Source: Candidatus Latescibacterota bacterium
GTDB lineage: Bacteria; Latescibacterota; UBA2968; GCA-2709665
NCBI GenBank assembly: GCA_965237675.1
Contig: OZ250150.1
Coordinates: 5,152,001-5,216,000, forward strand
Length of the DNA: 64,000 nucleotides
Direction of reading: 5' to 3'
The notes below the pieces were generated by a model. The model did no database searches, was not told the origin of the DNA, and saw only the letters and a list, made by a program, of their open reading frames with translations. The position numbers and the translations under genes are program-made. Shown here in pieces: positions 11,298-20,745 of the stretch; positions within the stretch are counted from its first letter, which is position 1, and each line of letters starts with the position of its first letter.

Positions 11298-14200
11298 CTA
11301 TGCAACAATTCTAACGCAATCTCCAACGTCCGTTGAAAACACCTCGAACGGTTCGCCGATTACCTTCGAAAAGTCAAACGCCTGCTCCACAAGAAACGTG
11401 GTGCGCCCCCTCATCCCACGAATCGTAAACACACGTTCTCCCACGCGGAGCCGGCATCCTCCATATCCTCCCCCTTTGGGATGATCCACATTGCTGTCGA
11501 ACCTGGATCGCCTGCCGGATTCGACCTCGCCCTTTCCCCTGACAAACCGGGGCATATCCGCGAGGAAGACCCGGCTGCCTTCACCTTTCCGCTCTATCCG
11601 CTTCACCATGTACACCGTCTCCAACCCCGACGGATGACGCACGTAAACCACCTTGCCGTCCAGCGAACCATCCTCTGGCAGTCGAACATCCACAACCAGT
11701 TCACTGCGGCCTGGATCGCCGGTAATATCTCCCGCCAGACCTTTCAACGTCCCTTGGTAGTCACGAGTCTGCTGAACCGCCGCCTCGTCCACCCGTAACA
11801 GCGACCCGTCAATCACCTCAAGATCGATACCGCCGGAGGATTCGCTCATCACGCCGGCGCGCCCGCTGAGCTCAAAGCGCCTTCCATCGGGCAGCGTCAC
11901 GGCCACTCCCTCTCCCTCGGGATCAATGCCGATTGTCCGTACGCGGCCGCGTTCCGTCACCTGCAGGACAACGCCGGCGCGATCCTGCGCCACGAGCTTC
12001 GCTTCTTGAACATTGCTCCGGCCCCGGTGCGCTTCAATCACCGACACAAACCGGCTCACGCCTGTTCGACTTCGCAGACACACCACGGGAAACCAGAAAT
12101 CATCCAGCTTTCCGTCGTCCTCCTGCGTCCGTCGGATGGACGGCGCGTCGCTCACGAGCAATCGACCCGCCTGAACACCGAGGAACCGGGCGTCCACCTG
12201 AGTACCCTCACCCTCGAACCGCACGTTGAAATCTCCGGATACATCCGACGCCCGCGTTCGTTTGAGATATCCGTAAAGGGCCCCATCGGTCCCATCCCCG
12301 CGCAGAATCATCTCGGCCTCGGCAGGATGCAGTTCCGTATTCACCGAAAGCGTCTGGTCGAAATCCGCCGATCCGTGCAACAGATAATCGTGGACTTCAC
12401 CGCCCTTCACCTCGAAGAGATCCACTACGTATCCGCTATCGGACCCCGTTGGAACCAGCATGATCGTCCGCCGGTAGACGGTTGTATTCTCAAAAGCCCC
12501 GGGGGCCTCCGCGCAGACCATTCCCACACGCGTGCGAGAAGCGGGGCGATAGCACCGCAGCCGCCCGCCGTCTCTTGACTGCTCCTGTCCGTCCACCACC
12601 ACGGTATTGTGGCTGCCTACCGTCGTCGCCCACTCCCGGTAACGGGTATGCGTGTATCCGATATCCGACAGCAGTTCCTGCCCGAACACATCCAGGCCCA
12701 TCGCCAGTGTATCGTAATGGTGATGCCCGCCATACGGACCGTAACACAACGTGGTCCGCACGGCTTCCTTGGATTGCCCCACGCCCAGAATCACATCCCC
12801 CGCGCCGGGCAACAGATAATTTGAAGGCACAAGCGCCAGCAGATCGTCCTCAGTGACACGCCGACCTGCCTCCGAAGTCCGTCGGAACAGCGCAAACTCG
12901 ACGTCGGCAATGGGAATCCGGGATTCTCCGTCAATCTCGTCCGCGGCTTCCACGAATCGGCCCATGGACGTAATGCGACTGGACAGATGGCTGGCTCGCG
13001 TGGTCAACGCCCAGGTATCGTTTGCCATGAAGGTGCGTCCGTCCGGCATGAACAACCCCAGAGGCGCCGTGTAAATCCGCTTCAGATACGGCATCTCCCG
13101 GTACACGTCGATCCCCCCGGAGCCACTCATTACATCCGGTACCCTCAACGTCCCCTTTGTGATCATGTTGAAATAATTGAGCGTATCCTCGTGCCAGTAC
13201 CCGTCGTACAGATAACAGTTGTCGATCAGCGTCCGATACAGCCCGTACGCCCTTGCCACAATATCCGGTTCGTCCAGGATCCGGCCCGCGAAAGCCAGCC
13301 CCATGATCCGCCCGCCGTCGTAGTTGGTAGAGCCGTGCGGGATCTCCAGTGTGTGCCGGATCGCCTCGTACAACAGGTCCCGCTCAATGGCAGTACGCAC
13401 ATCCCGACCCTCGGCCTCGGACAGTTTCTCGATGGCGCCGCTGTCTGAAATCAGGTCGTAAACCTGGGCGATCCAAAACGCGTTGTGGGCATCCGAAAAG
13501 GGGCTGGCGTGAAAATTGCCCATCCTGGCGGACACGAAGGGAAACGGCGGATCTTTATAAAAGTGATTCTGATAGAATCCCCTCCGGTCCGCATTCTGGT
13601 AAGACACGCCCAATCCGTGCACGGGATAGTTCTTGTATACCTCCGCGATTCGATCCAGAATCACCGCTGCTTTTTCCGCATACGCCTTTTCGCCGGTAAG
13701 CACGTAGGCAATCGCCAGCGGATCCGCCATGCGGACCACCTGGTACTGCGTGTAGTTCAACACCATATTTTCGAAAAAATAACGCATCCCCTCGTCGTCT
13801 TCCCAATAACGGTAGCGGACCGTCTTGCCGGCCGGACCAACCACCTCGATCTCTCCCACTGGCTGATGATCCGGTCCCGGTAACACACTCCCGCAGATTT
13901 TACACCGGACATGCTCCGGATCCTTCGCCGACCACTCCCAGAATTCGACCCGCCAGCTTCGCTTCCGCCGGTCCACGGGGCAGCGCGGGAGCGGAAAGTT
14001 CACCTGCTCGGAAATGCCGGCACGAATCGTCTCGTCCGGCATCTCGAGAATTCTCCGGCGGGCAATCCAGCGCAACTGCCCGTCTCGAAACCGCTTTGCC
14101 CAGTCGTAGGTTGCCGCTCGCCGCCTTGCCCGTTCGATCTGTTCGGACGTATAGTAGAGCGGATGCGGCGCCCCTCTGGGAAACGGCCTTTCACCTTCCC

Positions 14201-14351
14201 AGTACCTTGTATCCCGTGAACAATCGATCCGTTCGATCCCCATGTTGGATCTCCATAAAGACGAATCGCATCCGGCCGCCAGAGCCATAGTGCCCAGACC
14301 GGCCCCTTGAAGAAACTCCCGTCTGGTCAGGAATATTCCGCCCAACGGCAC
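11298..14351 (-). CDS. heparinase II/III-like polysaccharide lyase, predicted Tat lipoprotein
   Basis: TRREFL twin-arginine motif plus LAAGC lipobox; DGYWHE, GHHHYD, SHNTVVVDG, YRRT..VVDLFEVKGG; GTG start at 14351 with GAGGT RBS. Confidence 0.82.
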   Translation of the reverse strand: MPLGGIFLTRREFLQGAGLGTMALAAGCDSSLWRSNMGIERIDCSRDTRYWEGERPFPRGAPHPLYYTSEQIERARRRAATYDWAKRFRDGQLRWIARRRILEMPDETIRAGISEQVNFPLPRCPVDRRKRSWRVEFWEWSAKDPEHVRCKICGSVLPGPDHQPVGEIEVVGPAGKTVRYRYWEDDEGMRYFFENMVLNYTQYQVVRMADPLAIAYVLTGEKAYAEKAAVILDRIAEVYKNYPVHGLGVSYQNADRRGFYQNHFYKDPPFPFVSARMGNFHASPFSDAHNAFWIAQVYDLISDSGAIEKLSEAEGRDVRTAIERDLLYEAIRHTLEIPHGSTNYDGGRIMGLAFAGRILDEPDIVARAYGLYRTLIDNCYLYDGYWHEDTLNYFNMITKGTLRVPDVMSGSGGIDVYREMPYLKRIYTAPLGLFMPDGRTFMANDTWALTTRASHLSSRITSMGRFVEAADEIDGESRIPIADVEFALFRRTSEAGRRVTEDDLLALVPSNYLLPGAGDVILGVGQSKEAVRTTLCYGPYGGHHHYDTLAMGLDVFGQELLSDIGYTHTRYREWATTVGSHNTVVVDGQEQSRDGGRLRCYRPASRTRVGMVCAEAPGAFENTTVYRRTIMLVPTGSDSGYVVDLFEVKGGEVHDYLLHGSADFDQTLSVNTELHPAEAEMILRGDGTDGALYGYLKRTRASDVSGDFNVRFEGEGTQVDARFLGVQAGRLLVSDAPSIRRTQEDDGKLDDFWFPVVCLRSRTGVSRFVSVIEAHRGRSNVQEAKLVAQDRAGVVLQVTERGRVRTIGIDPEGEGVAVTLPDGRRFELSGRAGVMSESSGGIDLEVIDGSLLRVDEAAVQQTRDYQGTLKGLAGDITGDPGRSELVVDVRLPEDGSLDGKVVYVRHPSGLETVYMVKRIERKGEGSRVFLADMPRFVRGKGEVESGRRSRFDSNVDHPKGGGYGGCRLRVGERVFTIRGMRGRTTFLVEQAFDFSKVIGEPFEVFSTDVGDCVRIVA

Positions 14352-14677
14352 ACGCCCGACCTCACCGGGGCCCACGATTGGTGCCGGATTGCGCAATATC
14401 AGACATTGAACGTTCCCGAAGCGGATGGCCGGTGCCGTGCTGCCCCGGAACACAACGGTCCCGCCAATTCCAGGACCTTCCGTGCACGAAACGGCAACTC
14501 ACAATAAGATTTCAACCGTACACCCCGCATCCACCGCATCCCCGATTCCCCCGGAGACTTCGGTCGGTATCCCGAATTGCGTAATATACGACGCCCGTCA
14601 ATTGAAGTCCAGACACTCGTGAAAGGCGATTTCAGTCGTTGCCGCCGATCCGGATATAGCAGGGAGTTGACTCCATA

Positions 14678-14887
14678 ATGGGGCACAAACTGCCGATCCG
14701 GCGCACCCCGCGGCAGGACGTCGCTCGGGCCGAAACGCGGACCCTCGTGTCCCGTATGTTCGAAGGATCCTTCGGGTCGCTGGCGACGTATCTCGTGGAT
14801 TCGGGCGAACTTTCCCAGAAAGAACTGGATGAATTGCGCGTGCTGATCGAGGAGAAGGAGAAAGCGAAGGAAGGAGGTCCGGAATGA
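14678..14887 (+). pseudogene. BlaI/MecI/CopY repressor C-terminal fragment (winged-helix DNA-binding domain absent)
   Basis: LVSRMFEGSFGSLATYLVDSGELSQKELDELRVLI matches the BlaI dimerisation helices; stop overlaps the M56 start (ATGA); only 69 aa. Confidence 0.65.
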
Positions 14888-17274
14888 ACACGTTGATCAC
14901 CCTGGCAGAATCGTGGTGGCCGCTCTACGCGACACATATGATCGAAGTTTCGTTGTTTATATTGCTGGTGTGGGCCGTGGACCGGTGGTTGACGCTGGAA
15001 ACGCGACTTAGATACGCGCTGTATCTTCTGGCGTTGGCGAAGGTGTTTGTGCCGCCCGTTTTATCCATTCCGATACCTGCGTTTCTGGTATTTTCGACAG
15101 ATGTCACAGTGGATGCACCCGTTTATTCCGGTGTGATTTCTGAGGCCATCGCCGTTGCTCCCGTTGAGGTGGCGGCCCTTCCGCCGGCGTTCTACCTGTT
15201 TTTCCTATGGATTCTTTCAGTCCTGGCATGTACAGCTGTAGCCCTGTGGAAATACACGGCCTTTCGTCATATGCTGAAATCGGCAACACCGGTTGACCTG
15301 GCAAGCAAGGTCGAATTGCGGAGCGGTGGACGGAACCTGAAGGTCTATTCAAAAGCCAGCCTGCCTTCTCCCACTCTGGTGGGCGTGGTGACACCGCGAT
15401 TGTATCTGCCTTCAACGTGGTCGTCGTGGTCACCCGATCAGCTACGTGGCATCGTTGCGCACGAATTGGCGCACTTCCAAAGACGTGACATCTACGTGCT
15501 GATTTTACAGGCCGTCGCAACGACCCTGTTCGGCGTGAACCCGCTGATCCGGCTGATGAATCGAAGGTTGATGTACCTGCGCGAATTGCGCTGCGACGAA
15601 ACGGTTTTAAGCGAAACGAACCTGACGCCCGCCGAATACGGGCGCCTGCTGCTGGGCTTTGTCGATAGACGAGCCGCGCCGAGTGCCCTGAGCGTATATT
15701 TCAGCGAGGGTGGAACGAGGCTGAGAGAACGTCTCAAGCACATACTCAAGTTCAAGGAGGGCGATATGAAACGGTCGAAGTGGCAGTTGGCGATTCCCAT
15801 TCTCATCGGACTCATGATCGCGCCGTTCTCGATCCGAGAAGCATATACCCAGAATGACGACGGACTTGAGGTGTCGAAGTCTGCTACAGACGCCAGGACC
15901 GGCAAAAACACACAACCCCGGGAGGTCGGGGCTGTATCTGGCCATGTTGACGACAACGACGATTTGTACGTCGTCTACGACATAAAAGAGGTCGACGTCA
16001 AACCCCATCCCGTGAAGATTCTCCCACCCGAATATCCTGAAGAAGCACCAGAAAACAAAATAGATGGTGTTGTGCATCTAAAGATTATCGTCAATGTCGA
16101 CGGTTCGGTAAGCGACGTGACCGTATTGAACGGACCGGAGATATTTCATAATGCCGCGACAGATGCTGTGTTGCAATGGCGTTTCAAGCCCGCTGAGTAC
16201 AACGGAAAAGTCGTGCCCGTTACCTTGTTGACACCAATTCGTTTTTCATCCAAACCAGACAATGTCTTAGAATTCTGGTCGGTCGACGTTAAACCGGTTC
16301 TCACAAATCCCGTTGGACCAGTTTATCCGGATAAGGCGCGAAAAGCTGGTTTAGTGGGAAACGTGTTCTTGAGGTTTGTAGTGAACGTAAATGGAACGGT
16401 AAGCCACATCAACGTCCTGAAAGGCAAGGCGATATTTCACGAAGCTGCGATCGATGCCATTTCGCAATGTCGGTTCACGCCTGCTGAGCACGAAGGCAAG
16501 CCTGTCCCCGTGTGGATGGCGCAGCGAATCAGTTTTCAGCTACCCAAACCAAAGTCCGTGCCGCCACCCGAAAAGGGTGACGCTGAAGCCGAAAAGGCCT
16601 TCGAGATTTGGGAGGTTGACGTAAAGCCAGTCGTCACACATTCCGTTCAGCCAATCTACCCAGAGTGGGCACGATTTTCAGGCGGAAGGACGGGAACTGT
16701 GTACGTTAAGTTCAAAGTCAACGAGGATGGATCGGTTAACGACGTACGTGCTCTCAAAGGTCTAATGATATTTGTGAAATCTGCAATCGATGCCATTTCG
16801 CAATATCGGTTCCATCCTGCCAAACACGAAGGCAAGGCTGTCGCAGTGTGGATGACGCACCGGATCAGTTTTAGACCGCCAAAGCCGAAGGCCGTAGCGA
16901 CTCCTGACCCAGGCGAGGCTGTTGGTGAAAAGGTGTTCGAAATCGGGTCGGTTGACGTAAAGCCGGTCGTCATACATTCCGTTCAGCCGGTTTATCCAGA
17001 TGTGGCGAAAAAAGCAGGCCTGGCGGGAGACGTGGCCTTGAAGTTCAAGGTCAACGTGGATGGTTCCGTGAGCAACGTAGACGCATTTGTCCTGAAGGGC
17101 GGTGAGATATTTCGCAAACCTGCGATTGAAGCAGTTACACAATTTCTCTACAATCCTGCTGAACACGAAGGCAAGCCTGTCGCAGTGTGGATGACACACC
17201 ATTTTACGTTCGCGCTTCCCGACCAACAGGACGACACAGCTCGCGATACACGCAATCCTGGCGTTGGAAATTAG
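14884..17274 (+). CDS. M56 (BlaR1-like) metallopeptidase fused to four TonB C-terminal domains
   Basis: N-terminal TM helices, HELAH, NPL, RELRCDE, YGRLLL; four repeats of DVKP..P.YP..A..G.V...V..DG.V......AI.A..Q..F.PA...GK.V.V. Confidence 0.9.
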   Translation: MNTLITLAESWWPLYATHMIEVSLFILLVWAVDRWLTLETRLRYALYLLALAKVFVPPVLSIPIPAFLVFSTDVTVDAPVYSGVISEAIAVAPVEVAALPPAFYLFFLWILSVLACTAVALWKYTAFRHMLKSATPVDLASKVELRSGGRNLKVYSKASLPSPTLVGVVTPRLYLPSTWSSWSPDQLRGIVAHELAHFQRRDIYVLILQAVATTLFGVNPLIRLMNRRLMYLRELRCDETVLSETNLTPAEYGRLLLGFVDRRAAPSALSVYFSEGGTRLRERLKHILKFKEGDMKRSKWQLAIPILIGLMIAPFSIREAYTQNDDGLEVSKSATDARTGKNTQPREVGAVSGHVDDNDDLYVVYDIKEVDVKPHPVKILPPEYPEEAPENKIDGVVHLKIIVNVDGSVSDVTVLNGPEIFHNAATDAVLQWRFKPAEYNGKVVPVTLLTPIRFSSKPDNVLEFWSVDVKPVLTNPVGPVYPDKARKAGLVGNVFLRFVVNVNGTVSHINVLKGKAIFHEAAIDAISQCRFTPAEHEGKPVPVWMAQRISFQLPKPKSVPPPEKGDAEAEKAFEIWEVDVKPVVTHSVQPIYPEWARFSGGRTGTVYVKFKVNEDGSVNDVRALKGLMIFVKSAIDAISQYRFHPAKHEGKAVAVWMTHRISFRPPKPKAVATPDPGEAVGEKVFEIGSVDVKPVVIHSVQPVYPDVAKKAGLAGDVALKFKVNVDGSVSNVDAFVLKGGEIFRKPAIEAVTQFLYNPAEHEGKPVAVWMTHHFTFALPDQQDDTARDTRNPGVGN

Positions 17275-17561
17275 TGTACAATGATCGTTTTTCACCCGGC
17301 ATCTACCGGTTTCCACAGGTGATATGATAAAAAAAAGCGGTCGAGGTGCCGGATGGCATTCATCCGACACCTCGACCGCTTCGACCTAACGACGCCGTTC
17401 ATGGGAAATCCCACGACTCTACCTCACCTCGATCGCCCTCCGGCTTTGCAATATTCTCTCCGATGGTCCGTACAGTTATCTCCAGTAATCGGGTTTTGCG
17501 TCGGGCATCTTCCACTCGATTTTCACTTCAGGGTTGACTCTTTGCTCGAAGTTGAGGAATT

Positions 17562-18113
17562 TCAGGAATGCCGAGATGTCATCGTGATGGCCCAGTCAAA
17601 TTCCATCTTGCTCGGCAAATGCGCCTCGACGACGAGAGACGTATCGGCATTCTCTCCGTGGTGTCCGGTTTCGACTCTACGGAAAAATGAGTGGGTTCCT
17701 TCCGCGTCTTTGAGCCTGCTATTGTTGGAAATATCTCGCATTAAACCGGCGATATCGAGGAAGAAATTGTCTCTGAGCGCGTCTGCCGTCACGTGTGCAC
17801 CTTCGATTGAGTCAACGGTCAGCTTGTATTTGATCGGGTTCTCTTCCTGGATGATGGTGACATCGATGCTGGTGTGCTCGTGGAAGGCTTTCTGGGCATA
17901 TCTGGTGAGGATGACTTCGGGAGGTTGGTTTTCCAATTCCGATTTTTCAAGGTGTCCTCCGACAAGACCAAGCGCTATAATGGGAAGAAGCCCTGCCACG
18001 AAGATTCGTGGTCGTTCAGAAAGCCGTTTGGTTCTGAAAACCGGTGGATGAATAAGACCCGCCAGGGTTACGATAGCGATAATTGCCAATAAGGTTACGA
18101 CAAATCCAACCAT
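17562..18113 (-). CDS. hypothetical membrane-anchored protein (2 N-terminal TM helices), possibly frameshifted near the C-terminus
   Basis: GGAGG RBS before ATG 18113; two hydrophobic segments; no family recognised. Confidence 0.55.
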   Translation of the reverse strand: MVGFVVTLLAIIAIVTLAGLIHPPVFRTKRLSERPRIFVAGLLPIIALGLVGGHLEKSELENQPPEVILTRYAQKAFHEHTSIDVTIIQEENPIKYKLTVDSIEGAHVTADALRDNFFLDIAGLMRDISNNSRLKDAEGTHSFFRRVETGHHGENADTSLVVEAHLPSKMEFDWAITMTSRHS

Positions 18114-18449
18114 GGCATCTTGCCTCCGTGGCAACGGGAACATCTCTTCGGTGCCTGGAATCGGCGCCGGGCGTTGAACAACACGAGCAACTCTTTGAAG
18201 TCTTGCTGCACATCCACGTTCTTGTCGTCTGAGGTATTCCACAGACAAGATTCGCTCATTTGGGCGGCCGGCTCAACCCGTATTCCAGATCCTCTTTCTG
18301 CTGAGAAAATGTTCTCAAGTCCTGTTTTTAAACAACATTTTCAATCAGCGTCCGCCCCACTACCAAGAATCGGAACCCGTGTAAAAACAGCGAAATAGAC
18401 CTAATCGAGAAAACCTGACAATACGATTAAATATGACAGAATTTCACCA

Positions 18450-19649
18450 CTAAGGCAATATTTCCGGGCACACCGGTGAACCCATCAGGTTGAGGTATAC
18501 CTCCACGCCTTTTCTCAACTGCTCCAGGTCAATCCACTCGTCGGCCGTGTGTCCCTGTGCGATATCACCGGGGCCAAGCACAACCGCGGGGATACCCGCA
18601 CGACTGAAACTGCTCGCATCCGTCCCGTAGCCCACGCCGGTCAGCTCGGCCGGCAGTCCCATTCCGTCCAGCACCGCGCCCACAAATGCGCCGAACCCCT
18701 CGCCGCCAGCCGGGTCCAGTGGCGAGTCCACCATGTCGGGTGCTTCCTGGACAACCTTCAGATCCGGATTGCACGCCCGGAGTTCGTCCAGCAACAATTC
18801 TACCGCTGGTTTCACCTGATCGGCGTCCTCCCCGGGTACGACGCGCCGGTCGACATGGATCTCGCAGTGTTCCGGAATAATGTTGATCTGCACCCCGCCA
18901 CGAATCATATTGATACTGCACTGTGCCCTCCCGGTCAGGGGATGTTCCGCCGTCAAACCGGGGATATATCGGTCCTCAATCGCCTTGTTAACCTCCATCA
19001 TCATCCGAATGGCAGACCGTCCACGGCTGGGATTCGAAGAATGCGCCGCTACGCCCTCCGTCCGAATCCGCCAGCGTACCACGCCGTTGTGAGCAACCAC
19101 GGCCCGAAGTCGTGTGGGCTCACCCACGACCACACCCACCGGCCGCCGGTCCAGATTCGGCAACTGGGACGCGACAAATGTGCGTACGCCCGTCTTTCCG
19201 ATCTCCTCGTCCAGGGTAAACACGATCGCCACATTGTTCGGGCCTCCCCGCTTGCGGTATTGCCGCAGCGCCCATAGCATTGCCGCGCCGGTTCCTTTTG
19301 TATCGCACGCGCCACGCCCATACAGTCTACCGTCCAGAATCCGTCCCTGGAACGGGTCTACCGTCATCCCTTCCACGCTTACCGTATCCAGGTGGCTCTC
19401 AAACAACAGCCACGGAGCCTGTCTATCCACCTGGTGAGTGACCAGCAGATTGAACCCGTCCCCAGTCACCGGCAATCGGTGGGTATCGAGCCCCATCCTT
19501 TCAGCCTGCCCCTCCATATACACCGAAAGCGCCCGCTCCGCATCCGGCTTCCCTGAAATCGCCGAATTGATGGTGTCGAATCCGACCATCGCCTGAAGCA
19601 GGGATTCACAGGATTCATGGGGCTCTGCCACCGGTGCCCCCTTGTTCAT
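18450..19649 (-). CDS. M20 family metallo-hydrolase (ArgE/DapE-like deacylase)
   Basis: SHLDTV, GRGACDTKG, DEE, VGEPT, AHSS, GTDA, GPG...GHT. Confidence 0.92.
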   Translation of the reverse strand: MNKGAPVAEPHESCESLLQAMVGFDTINSAISGKPDAERALSVYMEGQAERMGLDTHRLPVTGDGFNLLVTHQVDRQAPWLLFESHLDTVSVEGMTVDPFQGRILDGRLYGRGACDTKGTGAAMLWALRQYRKRGGPNNVAIVFTLDEEIGKTGVRTFVASQLPNLDRRPVGVVVGEPTRLRAVVAHNGVVRWRIRTEGVAAHSSNPSRGRSAIRMMMEVNKAIEDRYIPGLTAEHPLTGRAQCSINMIRGGVQINIIPEHCEIHVDRRVVPGEDADQVKPAVELLLDELRACNPDLKVVQEAPDMVDSPLDPAGGEGFGAFVGAVLDGMGLPAELTGVGYGTDASSFSRAGIPAVVLGPGDIAQGHTADEWIDLEQLRKGVEVYLNLMGSPVCPEILP

Positions 19650-20683
19650 CGCCAGCGATCCTCAAAGACCGAGATTGCGGTCCGCGCCGCCAGCATGGAC
19701 GTCTCAACGCGCTCCCGGTACCCGCCCTTCATTGTCATCCCCGTTTCAATGGTGAACGAGGGTCCGTACCTATTGGCCCCGTAATCGGCCAGATTCAACC
19801 CCTCTCCGCGCTGCTTCGCAATCAACCAGAACACACCGCGTTCACCCGTTTCGAAGAACGCACCAGGCAGATAGCTTTCAGGCGCAAGTTCGGCCCCAGA
19901 ATCGGTAACGGCCCGAATCATCGAATCGGCCATTCGCTGTTCCCACATCTCATCGTCTTCGTTTCGCTGGTGCCGCGCCGAGAACCAGAAACCGTCTCCT
20001 CCGTATTCGTGGAGATCCAGCGTCAGGCCCGGCTGGATTTCCGCCATCAGATTCCGTGTGCATCGGGATTCCACGGGTGCCCACGGCGTATCGTGAAACC
20101 GGTTGATGTGCAACACCTCGCCTTCCGGGGTGACAATCAGCGTATAGGCTCTCTGGCATGGCGCCGTGCCTTCGATGCCCTCCTCGCTCGAAGGGTAGAA
20201 TATTCGTCGTCCAAAAAGGGGTTCCAGAAATTCCGCCCCAACCTCGAAACGCCCGAGAAGACCCGTCGTCGAATACCCGTACTCACCTATAATCGCAAGA
20301 ACCGTCCCGTCCTGTTCGTAAAGCACCTCGCCCCGCGCCTTCAGGAATGCCCGAACATCTTCAACCGAACCCAGTTCCGGCTCCTCGCCCAGGCTCAAGC
20401 TCAGCGCGTACCCGTACCCATTCATCCCCATGGGATCGCGACTGGGAATCACATAAACCTGATGCTCGGTCTCCGATTCGTCCAGGAGCCCGACGGCTGC
20501 CCCTACGCCCGCCTGTTCCGTCGAATGGCTGCCGGCGCTGATAAATATCGCCGGTAGCTTCTCGCCCCCCGCTCTGAGACACACCACCGGCGCTCCATCC
20601 GGCGCACATCCGAGAACAGCCGGCTTGTGACCTCTAGTTTCCGTCCACCTCACAAGATCTGCGTATCGGTCAAATATCTGCAT
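19646..20683 (-). CDS. M14/succinylglutamate desuccinylase-like zinc hydrolase
   Basis: GSHSTE (HxxE), INR, LDLHE, FTIET; GGAGG RBS 9 nt before ATG 20683. Confidence 0.7.
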   Translation of the reverse strand: MQIFDRYADLVRWTETRGHKPAVLGCAPDGAPVVCLRAGGEKLPAIFISAGSHSTEQAGVGAAVGLLDESETEHQVYVIPSRDPMGMNGYGYALSLSLGEEPELGSVEDVRAFLKARGEVLYEQDGTVLAIIGEYGYSTTGLLGRFEVGAEFLEPLFGRRIFYPSSEEGIEGTAPCQRAYTLIVTPEGEVLHINRFHDTPWAPVESRCTRNLMAEIQPGLTLDLHEYGGDGFWFSARHQRNEDDEMWEQRMADSMIRAVTDSGAELAPESYLPGAFFETGERGVFWLIAKQRGEGLNLADYGANRYGPSFTIETGMTMKGGYRERVETSMLAARTAISVFEDRWR

Positions 20684-20745
20684 GAAATCCATCCTCCATG
20701 CTTCCCTGAGGAAAGCCTGCGATCCTGAATGAACCGGCCAGTGTT

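Noticed and set aside
14884-17274. Beta-lactam resistance (blaR1/blaI) locus
   Set aside because: The sensor region is TonB repeats, not a penicillin-binding domain, and no beta-lactamase is adjacent.
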